This document shows, in pieces, positions 49,926-61,924 of a stretch of 64,000 nucleotides of DNA; the stretch's first letter is position 1, and the number at the start of each line of letters is the position of its first letter. The notes beneath the pieces were generated by a model. That model made no database searches, was not told where the DNA came from, and saw nothing but the letters and a program-made list of their open reading frames with translations. A program made the position numbers and the translations under genes. The DNA is from an uncultured delta proteobacterium (GTDB lineage Bacteria > Myxococcota_A > Polyangia > Palsa-1104). The stretch is from contig CAWAWS010000003.1 of NCBI GenBank assembly GCA_963785725.1, positions 499,449 through 563,448 on the forward strand, written 5' to 3'.

Positions 49926-50341
49926 GTCGGTAGCTTCGCAGACATAGCGATGGCCGTCTGAGTACCATGTGTCGGTCGGCAGGCTCACGGAAATGTGATC
50001 TTAGTAGCGGGCGCGGAAGTCCTTGCGGCTGGCCGTGGTCCTGCCCCGTTCTTGTAAGCCAGTCCATAGCGGACGAAGGCGCTCCGAAGGCAGGTTCTTC
50101 GGAGCGATTAAGTTGTCGCTCCAAAAAATTCAGCTGGTTTTGTGTGCGCGAATGGGCCTCAGCCCTGCATGGGCGGGATGACCTCTGGGAGATCAGCTGT
50201 TGCAAGAGATTGAGCAGCAGGCGGCGTTTGCCGATTGCTCCCATCGCGTGATTGTAATGGCCGATTCACCGCTGACGCTGTACCCCGAGGACGACATGGG
50301 GCAGAAGCTCAGCTGCACGTGCTGGGATGTTTTTGCTCACG

Positions 50342-52472
50342 CTAGAGGCCATTGGCATTAGAGGTGGGGTGGGATTTATTTGGTCTACTCCTAGCCCTAG
50401 GGAGCTAACACATCGTCAGCATCATCGATTGCGAGGCCACAGTATGGACAATTGAGCCCCTCGCCCAAGCCGCCTACAATTTATCCAATCCTCTTCGTCG
50501 CGCCCTCCAAAATCATCCCAATCGTAGTGCTATTCTCATCAGAAGTTTGTGTTTTTCCGCAAGCAGGACACTTCGTTCGCAATACCATTTTTATCCTGAA
50601 GCATATTCCCCCTCTGTCCCCTGTGGCTATGAACTGAGGCGAGTCTCCTTTTTTCATTTTTCCCGGGCCGCATTCTTGGGAGTTCTAGTCGGCACTGTTT
50701 TCAGCAGTCGGCAATCCATAGCTGGGCAGCAGCAAGACTATCCAGAATCCCTTGTTCCTGACTCGAATTGGAGAAAGGCGGCTTCATCGCTGGCGAGTTC
50801 TGGGTCGAATTCGCTGAGCATCGGCGCGAATCCACGGAGAACCAAAGTCTTGAGTTTTACCGCATCGCCAAGCAGTTCCAGGTCGCAGTGTGCAATCACA
50901 TCTCTGCTATACTTGTTTAGCGAGTTAAGTTATAGCTTTGTGATTGTGGCAGAGACTTGAGAATATACTGCGCGTTGAAGCGCCGCCTGAAACGTGAGTG
51001 TTCGAGCGTCCTGATTCAGCTGATGTCCTCTTTTACATTTGGTGGCATTAAACTCGGCATTCGCGACGGATAGAGGGCGGCCACCGGTCGACTCGAAGCT
51101 AGGTCTTCGAAGACATACATGGGATTGGTATCCCACAGGAGAGCCTTCTCAAACCCCCTCAACGCCCAATGCGTACATAGTTGTCGCAACAAGCAAAGCA
51201 TCGTCATCTATGCTGTCGCTCACAACGCTTGTCTCCGCTGGCAATGAGTCCAGCAGCAAGTTTCAAAACCCTCGCGGATATCGCGAAAGAAATGATTCTC
51301 CATAAAACAATCGTACACGAAGCCGCCGTGCGCGGGCTGCTTCAGTCGCGCAGCGCGACGTCTTACACATCTCGTGATATGTCGGGATGCGGCAAATCGT
51401 CGCGGACTTTCACATCCGCCGGTGGCGGAGATGAAGCCGACAATCAAAACCATCGACGTGTAACTTCGCTTAGCTAGTGGGAAATTGCCGCAGGCCAGCT
51501 ACTGAGGAAGTCGAGACTTTACAAGTTCTCATGCAAGCGCCAACGTCGCACTTCGCCCCATTGCATCGAGGGCAGGGGCCGGTTCCCGAAGTAGCCCGCG
51601 CCTTGGCACTCCGAGCACATGCTGTCCCAAGACACGTCTTCAATTCTGTTTGGATTTTGGCCAAATAGAAGACGTTTGAACGGATGTCGCTTGAATTTTG
51701 GCCCACGCATTTGCTTAAATGGACAGGCGAAGACGTCCCGGAAATGCGGCTTGAGGTGGTTGTCAACGCCGAAGAGCTTCCGTTTACTCACATTGCCGAA
51801 ATGCGCGCGCTTCTGCTCCGCCAGATTTGCCGCTGACAAATTTCGCGGCCGAGAAATGGCGCTCGCCAGCTTGATATCGTCTCCCCCAGGCTCGTTTAAC
51901 GCGGCGAGCTTTGGTCCAAACTATTTGTCCGCCTCGCTGTAGCGCGACAGCTCAGCCGCGTAATCAGGCTCCAAGGTAGCGATCCATGAAGGTCGCAGCT
52001 TCATCCAATGAGTCCATTCATCACAACTATCTCATGTCCGGGGCCGTGAAATAACGGCTGATTTGAACGCGCCGGCCTTGCCCATGCCGGTGAGGTGAGG
52101 CGTCACGCCTTTGACAATTTGCACCGATTCTGATTATCCGCTATCTGAAGCGCTGCAGTCCTTGCCCCTCCGCCGCCGTGCGCGCGGGCGTCCAACCAAC
52201 CATGTTCGCCGCAGCCATGATGTCCGCGATTGTCGTGTTGGCCTTGTTGCCTGGGGCCCACTGGACTTCGACGGCGATGCCAATTCAGAGCTCCGCGTGT
52301 CGGCAGGCTGCCGTTGATGAATGTGCAGACTCCCCGAGTCTCGATATCGTGCCATCTCATCTGGTTATAGTTCTTGCTGGAAGCTCACGAGGTTCAATGC
52401 CTCGCGATAGCCCGACCCGCGGAAGAGGTCGCCGATGAGATAAAGGCGGTCGAGCGGCGTCGCCGCAGCCGC
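50342..52472 (-). other. Error-rich mirror copy of the nuclease toxin tip, immunity gene and HEPN gene
   Basis: Reverse complement of 52480-54569 with dense indels. Confidence 0.85.
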
Positions 52473-52479
52473 TCCCGCC

Positions 52480-52917
52480 GCGGCTGCGGCGACGCCGCTC
52501 AACCGCTCGCATCTCATCGGCGACCTCTTCCGCGGGTCGGGCTATCGCGAGGCATTGAACCTCGTGACTGCCAGCAAGAACTATAACCAGATTGAGATGG
52601 CGCGAATCGAGACTCAGATGTGCACGTTCCTCAACGGCAGCCTGCCGACGCGCGACTCCGAATTCAACATCGCCGTCGAAGTCCAGTGGGCCCAGGGCAA
52701 CGACGCCAACACGATGATCGCGGACATCATGGCTGCGGCGAACACCATCGGCTGGACGCCCGCGCGCACCGCGGCGGTACAGCAAGGACTGCAGCGCTTC
52801 ATGGCGGATAATCAGAATCGTCAAATTGTCAAAGGCGTGACGTATCACCTCACCGGCATGGGCAAGGCCGGCGCGTTCAATCAGCCGTACTTACTCGGCC
52901 CCGACATAATGGTGTGA
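52480..52917 (+). CDS. C-terminal DNA/RNA non-specific endonuclease (His-Me finger) toxin domain, 5' end lost at the fold
   Basis: Frame open from the fold: NRSHLIGDLF.GSG....NLVT....YN...M..IE. Confidence 0.7.
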   Translation, partial: AAAATPLNRSHLIGDLFRGSGYREALNLVTASKNYNQIEMARIETQMCTFLNGSLPTRDSEFNIAVEVQWAQGNDANTMIADIMAAANTIGWTPARTAAVQQGLQRFMADNQNRQIVKGVTYHLTGMGKAGAFNQPYLLGPDIMV

Positions 52918-52920
52918 TGA

Positions 52921-53448
52921 ATGGACTCATTGGATGAAGCTGCGACCTTCATGGATCGCTATTTGGAGCTCGATTACGCGGCTGAGCTGTCGCGCTACAG
53001 CGAGGCGGACGACAAGTTTGGACCAAAGCTCGCCGCGTTAAACGAGCTTTTTGCAGACGATATCAAGCTGGCGAGCGCCATTTCTCGGCCGCGAAATCTG
53101 TCAGCGGCAGATCTGGCGGAGCAGAAGCGCGCGCATTTCGGCAATGTGAGTAAACGGAAGCTCTTCGGCATTGACGACTACGTCGAGCCGCGGTTCGGGC
53201 ACGTCTTCGCCTGTCATTTAAGCGATCCGTGGGCCAATGCGAGCGACATCCGTTCAAACGTCTTCTATTTGGCCAAGATCGAAGGAGACTTGAAGATCGT
53301 GTCTTGGGACGGCATCTGCTCGGAGTGCCAAGGCGCGGGCTACTTCGGGAACCGGCCCTGCCCTCGATGCAATGGGGCGAAGTGGCTTCATATGGACGGC
53401 GCGACGTTGGCGCTTGGTGAACTTGTGAAGTCTCGACTTCCTCAGTAG
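52921..53448 (+). CDS. Putative immunity protein with C-terminal DnaJ-like zinc finger
   Basis: Starts 3 nt after the toxin stop; CSECQGAG......CPRCNG. Confidence 0.7.
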   Translation: MDSLDEAATFMDRYLELDYAAELSRYSEADDKFGPKLAALNELFADDIKLASAISRPRNLSAADLAEQKRAHFGNVSKRKLFGIDDYVEPRFGHVFACHLSDPWANASDIRSNVFYLAKIEGDLKIVSWDGICSECQGAGYFGNRPCPRCNGAKWLHMDGATLALGELVKSRLPQ

Positions 53449-53637
53449 CTGGCCTGCGGCAATTTCCTACTAGCTAAGCGAAGTTACACGTCGATGGTTT
53501 TGATTGTCGGCTTCATCTCCGCCACCGGCGGATGTGAAAGTCCGCGACGATTTGCCGCATCCCAACATATCGCGAGATGTGTAACATCGCGCTGCGCGAC
53601 TGAAGCAGCCGCACGGCGCTTCGTGTACGATTGTTTT

Positions 53638-54569
53638 ATGGAGAATCATTTCTTCCGCGATGCCCGCAGGGTTTTGAAACTTGCTGCTGGACTCATTGCC
53701 AGCGGCGACAGCGTTGTGGACGACAGCATAGATGACGATGCTTTGCTTGTTGCGACAACTATGTACGCATTGGGCGTTGAGCGCGTTTTGAAGGCTCTCC
53801 TGTGGGATACCAATCCTATGTATGTCTTCGAAGACCTAGCTTCGAGTCGACCGTAGGCAGCCTCTATCCGTCGCGGATCCGTGATCCAGCCAAAATGAAA
53901 AAGAGGACATCAGCTAATCAGGACGGTCGAACACTCACGTTTCAGGCGGCACTACAACGCGCAGTCTATCTCAAGTCTCCTGCCAGCAATCACAAAGCTA
54001 ATCTTTACTCGCTAAACAAGTATCGCGATGTGATTGCACACTGCGACCTGGAACTGCTTGGCGATGCGGTAAAACTCAAGACTTTGGTTCTCCGTGGATT
54101 CGCGCCGATGCTCCGCGAATTCGGCAAAGAACTGGCCAGCGATGAAGCCGCCTTCTTCAATTCGAGTCAGGAACAAGGGATTCTGGATAGTCTTGCTGCT
54201 GCGTATGGATTGCCGGCTGCTGAAACAGTGCCGACTAAACTTCGGAGTCACCGGGAGGAATTGACAAAAAGGCGGACCTCGCCTCAGTTCATAGCCACGG
54301 CGGATACTGCTCTCTCCAAGATGCTTCAGGATAAAAATGGTATTGCGACGAAGTGTCCTGCTTGCGGAAATAAAGCTCTGATGAGAATAGACTACGATTG
54401 GGATGATTTTGGAGGGCGCGACGAAGAGGATTGGATGATTGTAGGCGCTTGGGCGATGGGGCTCAATTGTCCATACTGTGGCCTCGCAATCGATGATGCT
54501 GACGATGTTGACTTCCTCGGGCTAGATGACCGAATCAATAGGCCCGGCTCTCCTGCCAATGGCCTCTAG
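53638..54569 (+). CDS. HEPN-domain protein with C-terminal zinc ribbon (frameshift near 53836)
   Basis: GVERVLKA and YRDVIAH (Rx4H) motifs; CPACG...CPYCG. Confidence 0.7.
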
Positions 54570-54976
54570 CGTGAGCAAAAACATCAGCGCGTGCAGCTGA
54601 GCTTCTGCCCCATGTCGTCCTCGGGGTACAGCGTCAGCGGTGAATCGGCCATTACAGTGCCGCGCAAGCAGCAATCGGCGAACGCCGCCTGCTGCTCAAT
54701 CTGCGACAGCTGATCTGCGAGGTCATCCCGCCGCTGCAGGGCTGAGGCCCATTCGCGCACACGAGACCAGCTGACAAGGCCCAAAGCGACAACTGAATCG
54801 CTCCAACGTACCAGCTTCGGAGCGCCTTCGTCCGCTATGGATTGGCTTACAAGAACGGGGCAGGACCACGGCCGGCCGGGCGGACTGCCGCGCCCGCTAC
54901 TAAGATAGCATTCCGTGACCGTGCCGACCGACGCATGGTACTCGACGGCCATCGCTATGTCTGCGAAGCTACCGAC

Positions 54977-57900
54977 ATGGCTTCAAGAAAAGGAAGTAAG
55001 CGGCCCTCTCTTCTTGAACGATTCGCGATTCTCGGCGATGCCGTGGCTGTAGCAGATCCCGCTGCCCTTCGATCGGCAATGTATGAAGTCGAAGACCGGC
55101 CGGTCAATGCGGAGCGGCTGCTCAAGCTCTGGAGCAAAACGGGTAAGGCGATCGACGACGACCTTCGGCAACTTTGGCTTCACGAGATGCGCCAAGTTCA
55201 ACGCGTGATGTCATACGCGGGTGCCAAGGAGGTCATTGTCGATGTGCTCGAGTTCGTCGAAGACGACGAGCACTTTGGGATCGTCATGAACCGCATCGGC
55301 CGACCACTTGACGCGATTCTTCCTCGCACGTCGAGTCACCATTGGTTGAAGAACCTTGGCGCGCCCCGGAGCCGACGGCTATTCTGGGCAAACATGCGGC
55401 GCATCGTCGTCGCCTTAGGAATTATTCATGCCCAGGGTCTGCTGCACGGACAACTCGACGCTAATGCGATCCTGACAGAAGCGCTTGATGAACCAGACTT
55501 CAAGCTGAGCGGCTTCGAGTGGAGTCTTTGGCTAAGTTCGGATCAGCCGAAGGAGGGCTATGCGAAGGTTGGACCTGGCGCTACAGTCCGTCGCGCTTTA
55601 ACGTACTCATTCGGACAGGACTGGTGTGCGCTCGGCCTAATGATGGCGGCGCTCTTAAACGTGACGGTGAAAGCGTCGGGGGACGTCGTTCCGACGAAGG
55701 ATGCCGACGCCGTTCAATTGTCAGTTTCCGAACGAGTTCTTCTACGGCGTCTTGTAATGCCTTCGACGATTGAGACTTTGGAGGCGCAATCGATAGCCCG
55801 TTCCATAGATGACATTATCACCAGCATCGCGCGTTCCGTTTCGTCCCGAGCCGGATCGTTCATTTTGATGCTTTGGGACAAGCCGGGTTTGGCTGACGCC
55901 ATTTATGAAGCGAGCAGCGGCTCTATAGCGGTCGACGATTATCAGCAACAATTAGCGTGGATTCGAGCAGACCTCGACGGCGGGGCGACGCTGCTGGTCC
56001 CACGACAATTCGACCCGCAAAATAGTCGGTTGAGGCTCGCGTCGGAAACACTCGTATACAGCATTCGTGCGTTCCGCGATGACGCTGGCAATTCCAATTG
56101 GGACTTCGCAGTATGTGACGGCGCGACCGTTCGTGGCGGGCCGCTCGGGGAATTCGATGAACATGCATTGCAACAACCAATCGTCGTAGTACGCGGCGAC
56201 AGAGAAGCACGCGAACTACGGGCGAGACTTGGTCCAGACGTCCTCGACTGGAGCGCATTTGCACCAAATCGCAGCGGTGAGCTCGACCGCGTCACGATGG
56301 TGTGCCGAGCGCTGATTCTAACCCAGCTACTAGAGGCCATGATCAAGGCGCTCGAGGTCTATCCGATAGAGGTGCTGAGCTTCGAAACAAAGGATCGTCG
56401 CCGATACGTCACAGTCCGCGGCCAACCGAATAGCGAGCGAGACAGAGTTGCCGCGCGGATCGGAATGAAAGAGACGGCTGATGCGCTTCGTTATATGTTC
56501 GAGGAAGACCAGCGAGGCAGCGACGGCAAGTGGCGCGTCAGCAAGTCAGCGAGTCTCGGCGCATCACGCTCGAACGACGTAGTTGCTACGTTCGTTGATG
56601 TTCTTGATCAAGACGGTACAACGGTCTATCAGTTTGAAGTTGAGGAAGACGTCTCAATTGAGGTCGGTCAGTTTTTGAAAGCCGAACTAGACCTCGGGAC
56701 CGAGCAGGTCATCCGCCGACGCTTGCGGAACATTGCGGCGCTTCATACGCGCGTCGACTTGGCTGAGATGCTCGACGACCCGTGGCGTCAGCGTAGATCG
56801 ACGAGGGACCAACTCGACGAAGGAGATCAGGAGTTCCGAGAACTCGATTTGCCAAAGCAAGAAGCGCTTCGAGGACTATGGTCGACGATGCCCTCGTATT
56901 TTATAGTTGGCCCGCCCGGGGTAGGAAAGACGAGGCTCGCAACGGAGGTGCTTCGTCGCAAGTTCGAAGGAGATCCGTCCACGCGCATTCTTCTGACCGC
57001 TCAGGGCCACGATGCTTTGGACAACCTACAGATCCAGGTGAAGGACGCTTTTCGTAGAAGCGGACTAGAAGACGCCATCGTGGTGCGTTCCTCGACGGCT
57101 GACAACAGGGCATCCACGGATGAGGAAGTCCATCGCGCCGCGAATCGATATCTCAAACAGATTTCGTCTAGCAAGCTCATGGCGTCCGCACCACCTCCGC
57201 TGCGCGACCGTGTCATTTCGCTCAAGAATGCAGCATCGTCGCTGGAGAACGCGCCCGATCAGATCGACCGAGAAGACCGTACTGGCCTACACGCGTTCTT
57301 TGCTCTGATTCTGGACGCCGCTAACGTTGTTCTTTCGACCGTCAACTCTGCAGACGTGGAGCGGCTGGTAGATGCGCGGGAACAGTTCGACTGGGTTATC
57401 GTTGAAGAAGCGGCGAAAGCTACGGGCCCAGAATTGGTCGGCCCTATGATGCTCTCGGGTCGACGATTGTTGATTGGCGATCATCACCAGCTCCCACCAT
57501 TCGAGTCGGAACGCCTCGTCAAGCTTTTGCGCGATTACGCTGGGGTCGAAAAAACACTCGCGGCAGCAGAAGTTTTTGTTGGGCCATTGCTGCGCGAGGG
57601 CGACCTTGATGAGCTCGTAAGAGAATTGCTGGAGAACGCCTCGGTGTTGAAGGCTACATCTGACCTTGCTCTTCGTTTGTTGGAACCGTTTCGAACGTTC
57701 GTTGAAGACGATGAGCGAAAAGGGGCGCGGCAATCCTGGGCACCGCCCAATAAGCGCGACGCTTTCTGAGCAGCGACGAATGGACCCCGCAATTGCAGAG
57801 ATTGTTTCCGCAGCCTTTTACGGCGGAAAACTAAGAACAGAAGCGAGCCGCGAGGAGCGCGCGCGGACAGACTCGGCGCCATTCAAGCAAATAGCACCGC

Positions 57901-58537
57901 TTCCCAACTCGCCCGTCGTCGTGGTGGATTTTCCGCACGTGAGCTCGACAGGGTCGGGAACACCGATGGAACGTCGCCGACCTCGCTGGCACAATCCAGG
58001 CGAGGTGGAGTCTGTCGTCGATGTTCTCCGCCACATAAGGGCGCCCGAGGGAAGCGCGGTCGCCCCCACCCTGGCGATTCTTTCTCCCTACGCGGCGCAG
58101 GTTGAGAAGCTACGGAGCCGAGTCTATGGTTTGCGAAACGGGGAATTGTCGCACCTCGAGAAGTTCGCACCGGTGCGCCATGGGCTTGACTTCGTCGGCA
58201 CCGTCGACTCGTTTCAGGGAAGTGAGGCCGACATTGTTATTGTCTCGCTTGTGCGGAACAACGCGCGTGCGGGGGCGGCGGCGCTCGGCTTCTTGCGCGA
58301 CCGGCGAAGGATGAACGTGCTGCTCAGTCGCGCGAAGCATCAACTGATTCTAGTCACGAGTTTGAGCTTTCTGCGCGAGGCCGTCAGAGGTGTCAATCCA
58401 TCTGGCGGCGAGCACGACTTGTCTTTCTTGACGACGATTCTAGCGACGATAGAACGTTTGGCAGCTGCCGAACAGCAACTGTCTCAATTTCTCGAACGAT
58501 AGTCAGCCCGACAACTCTCAAGAGGCAAGGCCGATGA
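54977..58537 (+). CDS. Kinase-like + SF1 (DNA2/NAM7-type) helicase, Mokosh type I MkoA-like; apparent indels near 57720 and 58465
   Basis: HGQL...IL/FKLSGFEW kinase-like fold; GPPGVGKT, VEEAAKA, IGDHHQLPP, QRRM.P.I, ILSPY.AQ, TVDSFQG.EAD, RMNV.LSRAK. Confidence 0.8.
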
Positions 58538-60293
58538 CCCTCGTTGCAATTCCCGTTTTCCGGGTTTCTTGCAAGGTGGGAATCGATTGAGGTCGCACGT
58601 GGAGTGTAGTAGACGAACTGTTGCTTTGGATAGTCAGTCGCGGCGCAACTTCCGTCGCCGCTGCGGCGAAGTCTATAGGATTGCCGCATCAAGTTGTAGC
58701 GGCCTCCTTTCGCGAATGATGCGCTTTCGGCTGCTGGAAGTGGACGTGGGTGACGGGACCATAGCGTTTAAGGTCAGCACTTTCGGGCTCGAAATTGTTC
58801 GGACAGGCAAGCCGCTTCCGTATTTTCCGAAGCGGTACGTTCGGCGCGTGAGTTTTGTGATCGAAAAGTTTAGCGGTCAATTCTTCTTTAAGCGCGATAT
58901 TCGTCTGATGTCGCCAAGAATACTCGATGTCGAACGACGAACGGAATCGACGTAAGGTCGGTGCAGATCGAAGGCGGCGAGCCGCGGATGTCTCACGAGG
59001 TTAACTTTTCTCGGCTTTCGTCCTTGGTGGCGCGAAATCGAGAAGATCAAATTGCGAATATCGACGCGCGGACCGCATCTGTCCGCGATGACGAATTCAT
59101 GGTGGTGCGAGTCGTCGATGGATTACCCACCAACTTGCCGGATGACGCGTCCGTGGTATTGCGGCGAATGATTGCTGATACAGCTGTTTGCCTGCCGGAA
59201 CTCACTTCGCGGTCGACTACCAAGGGGAGCCGGACCCTGCCAACGTACCTGAGTTGATCGATTGCGCGTTCGATCCTGCTGACATTTTTATCGGTGGGTC
59301 TGCACAGAGGAAACTCATTACATCGCTTCTGGAGGCAGCCCACCGCCGCGTCATAGTTCTGTCGACTTTTCTTGACGCCGCTCGGTTTTCGGAACTATTC
59401 GATCCAATTCGAACCGCGTGCAGGAGAGGAGTCGAAATCGATATCCTTTGGGGAGCGGACGTCGACAACGGAGAGTCCAATCGAAATAGCACCGCCGCTT
59501 GTGAGATCGCGGATCGCGTCCGGCAAGATCCCGACACTCACGGGAGAGTAAGAGTTCACATGCGGTCGACGGGCTCGCATGCGAAGTTCATCTTGGCCGA
59601 TGGGGCGGACGGAGGCTGGACAGCCTGCGTAAGCTCCTGCAATTGGCTTTCCTCTCCTTTTCAAGCGGTGGAATTGAGCTAGTTCTCCGCGACCCGGGCG
59701 CCGTTGTGCAGGTAGTGAGAGCTGCGCAGCAGCTCATTGGGCATCGCGGTCTGTCGGATAGTCTGGCCAATGAACTGGCCATTGTAGCGCGTCAGCAGGA
59801 CTTGCCGAAAATGGCCGGCGGCTCGGCGCGCGTCGGCGTCATCGTCGGCGACGCTCATGACTATGTGATGCGATCTGCGAGTGGCGCGGTTAAGACCCGA
59901 TTAATGATCGGCAGCCACAGACTCGGATCGACAGCACGGCCAGGCGCATTGATGCCGGGAGAAGTGGCGGCCGAACAGGGAGTAACGGTGACAGTCCTCT
60001 ACACCATGGCTTCTGGACCGTTAACAAACCGAGATGCAAAGGCTCTAGCCGAAGACGCAAGGGGCAACGGCGTGACTCTGATCAAGGCGAAGAAGATTCC
60101 GCTTCACGGCAAGTTTATTGCGTGGGATACCGACGATGTCGTCATCACGAGTATGAATTGGGCGTCGGCTTCGGCCGATCCGTCCTTTCCGGCTGGGGAG
60201 ATCGGTGTTCATATCCATGCTCCAGGCATCGCCTCTCATTTCATTGGGGAGCTAGAAAAGATATTTTCCGAACTACGTTCGGCCGATGTCTAG
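58534..60293 (+). CDS. Tandem PLD-domain nuclease, Mokosh type I MkoB-like; apparent indels
   Basis: ATGA overlap with the helicase; two HxKxxxxD motifs (HAKFILAD, HGKFIAWD), each followed by S.NW; wHTH-like N-terminus. Confidence 0.8.
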
Positions 60294-60338
60294 TGGCCCT
60301 GGATATGTCGAACAATGCGCGCCAGGCCGCCGTTAGAT

Positions 60339-61794
60339 TCACAGCGTGCCTATCCGCGAAAAGTCGAAGTTGCGAAACGGAGAATAGAATCTAGCGATGG
60401 ATACGAAAGTCCGCGTGATGAACGCGAAATCTTCTTCCAGCACAGCGCGCAGCTCTTCGGCACGTTCCAGGCCGAGCGCCGTCGCCAGATTGGCCGCACC
60501 ATCACGCGTGGCGGTGGCGGTGAGGATGTTCGGCAGTTGCCCTTCCAAAAAGACAAGGCTTGGACCCCACCAATGTTGATGTTCACGCAGTGAGCGTAGA
60601 GTAAGAAGGAAATCCGCCTGGACAAATTCGGGCCACGCGACACCTCCGACATCGGCCTCATGCCGCTCCTTGAGGACATCTGCATGGATGGAGCTTCGCG
60701 CCGACGTTGCTGTAGCCAAACGTTGCTTTCTAACGGTGTCCAGTAGCGTCACATACGACGACGACAAATCTGCAAAGCTGACGTGTTCTGAGAGCCCATG
60801 GCGATTGTTAGGCAAGAGCAGTTTCTGGCTAAGCAGCACTCTTAAGAAAGTGAATTTGTCCTCACGCACGAGGCAGGCCGTGAGCACGACCAAAAGCTCA
60901 TGTCCAAGAAATTGAAACAAGTCGAAATCGGTGCTGCGAAAGCTACCACCGACTCCTTTCGGAGGATGATACAGAGCCAAGACTCCTTCAAGGCCCTTGT
61001 AGATCCCGCGGATCACTTCTTCGTCGTTCCAAGCCGCGGCCTCGGCCGCGACGCGGCCGAAGTCGTTAACAATAGATTTCGTCTTTTCGATTGCCTCAAC
61101 GAGGCGGTCATCAGCAGGGCCCGGCTGCTCGTGGGGAGCGAGTTTCTTCGCCTCGGCGACGATCCACTTCATGAACTCTCGAACCTCTCGCACGCGATCG
61201 CCGCGCTTCTCTTGGATCGCAGTAACGGCCTGCTGCGATCGCGTCTTCGGCTGTGCGGCACCTGCTTCCACTTTGTGAGTCACAAGCACGGCACGAAGCG
61301 CATCCGTTAGTTGAGCGGTCAGTCGGTTCTTTGCATCTTTTCGGTCAGTCACTTCGAGAGGGAGTTTGTACGTCACTGTTCGGCGCTGTTTGAGATCGAA
61401 AGGCAGCGCCTCTGGATCGCCGAAAGCAGTGTTCATGATTGTAATCGTGCGGCCGGTCCCTATTGCGTTGAGCGCATATCCCAGTTCCAATAGTACATTC
61501 GGGTTCGGAGTCGGCTTAGTCTTTGTTACATCGCCTTTCTTGATTTCAAGGGTGCCGATGATTGATACGTCAGCGACGAATGCGGCAGCACTGGCAATTT
61601 TGGCGAAAATGGTCTGGCCGATGTTCCGGACTCCCAGAGACGCCCGAAGTGTCGCGGTCAATTACTGGCTCGATAGCAAGCTCCGCGTCTGCTCTCAATG
61701 CTTCCGCCGCCGCTTCGAGGCAGTTTTCAATGAATGCCCTATTTACGGGATTGGGAAGATCAGACTGCCAAGAATAGAATACTCTGCACTTCAT
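60339..61794 (-). CDS. TIR/NDT-like protein (right-arm copy, one indel near 61627)
   Basis: MKCRVFYSWQSD...; NPNVLLELGYA; LPFDL; long helical C-terminus. Confidence 0.75.
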
Positions 61795-61924
61795 GTCTTG
61801 TGTTTGCCTCTTCCTTGCTGTTGTTGCTTTCTAGCCGGGACCGATGTGGCGAGTTGCGGGCGCTTGGCTGCCTGAGGCCGATGTCGTCGCCAAGGATCGT
61901 AGTCGCTCCTGTGGCCGGCCCATT

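Noticed and set aside
44600..52400. Genuinely pseudogenised duplicate of the defence island
   Set aside because: Damage is indel-dominated and graded toward the fold, which fits read error rather than evolutionary decay
52452..52500. Protelomerase target or linear replicon telomere
   Set aside because: GC-rich, falls inside a coding sequence, and no protelomerase is visible; kept only as a minor alternative pending read mapping
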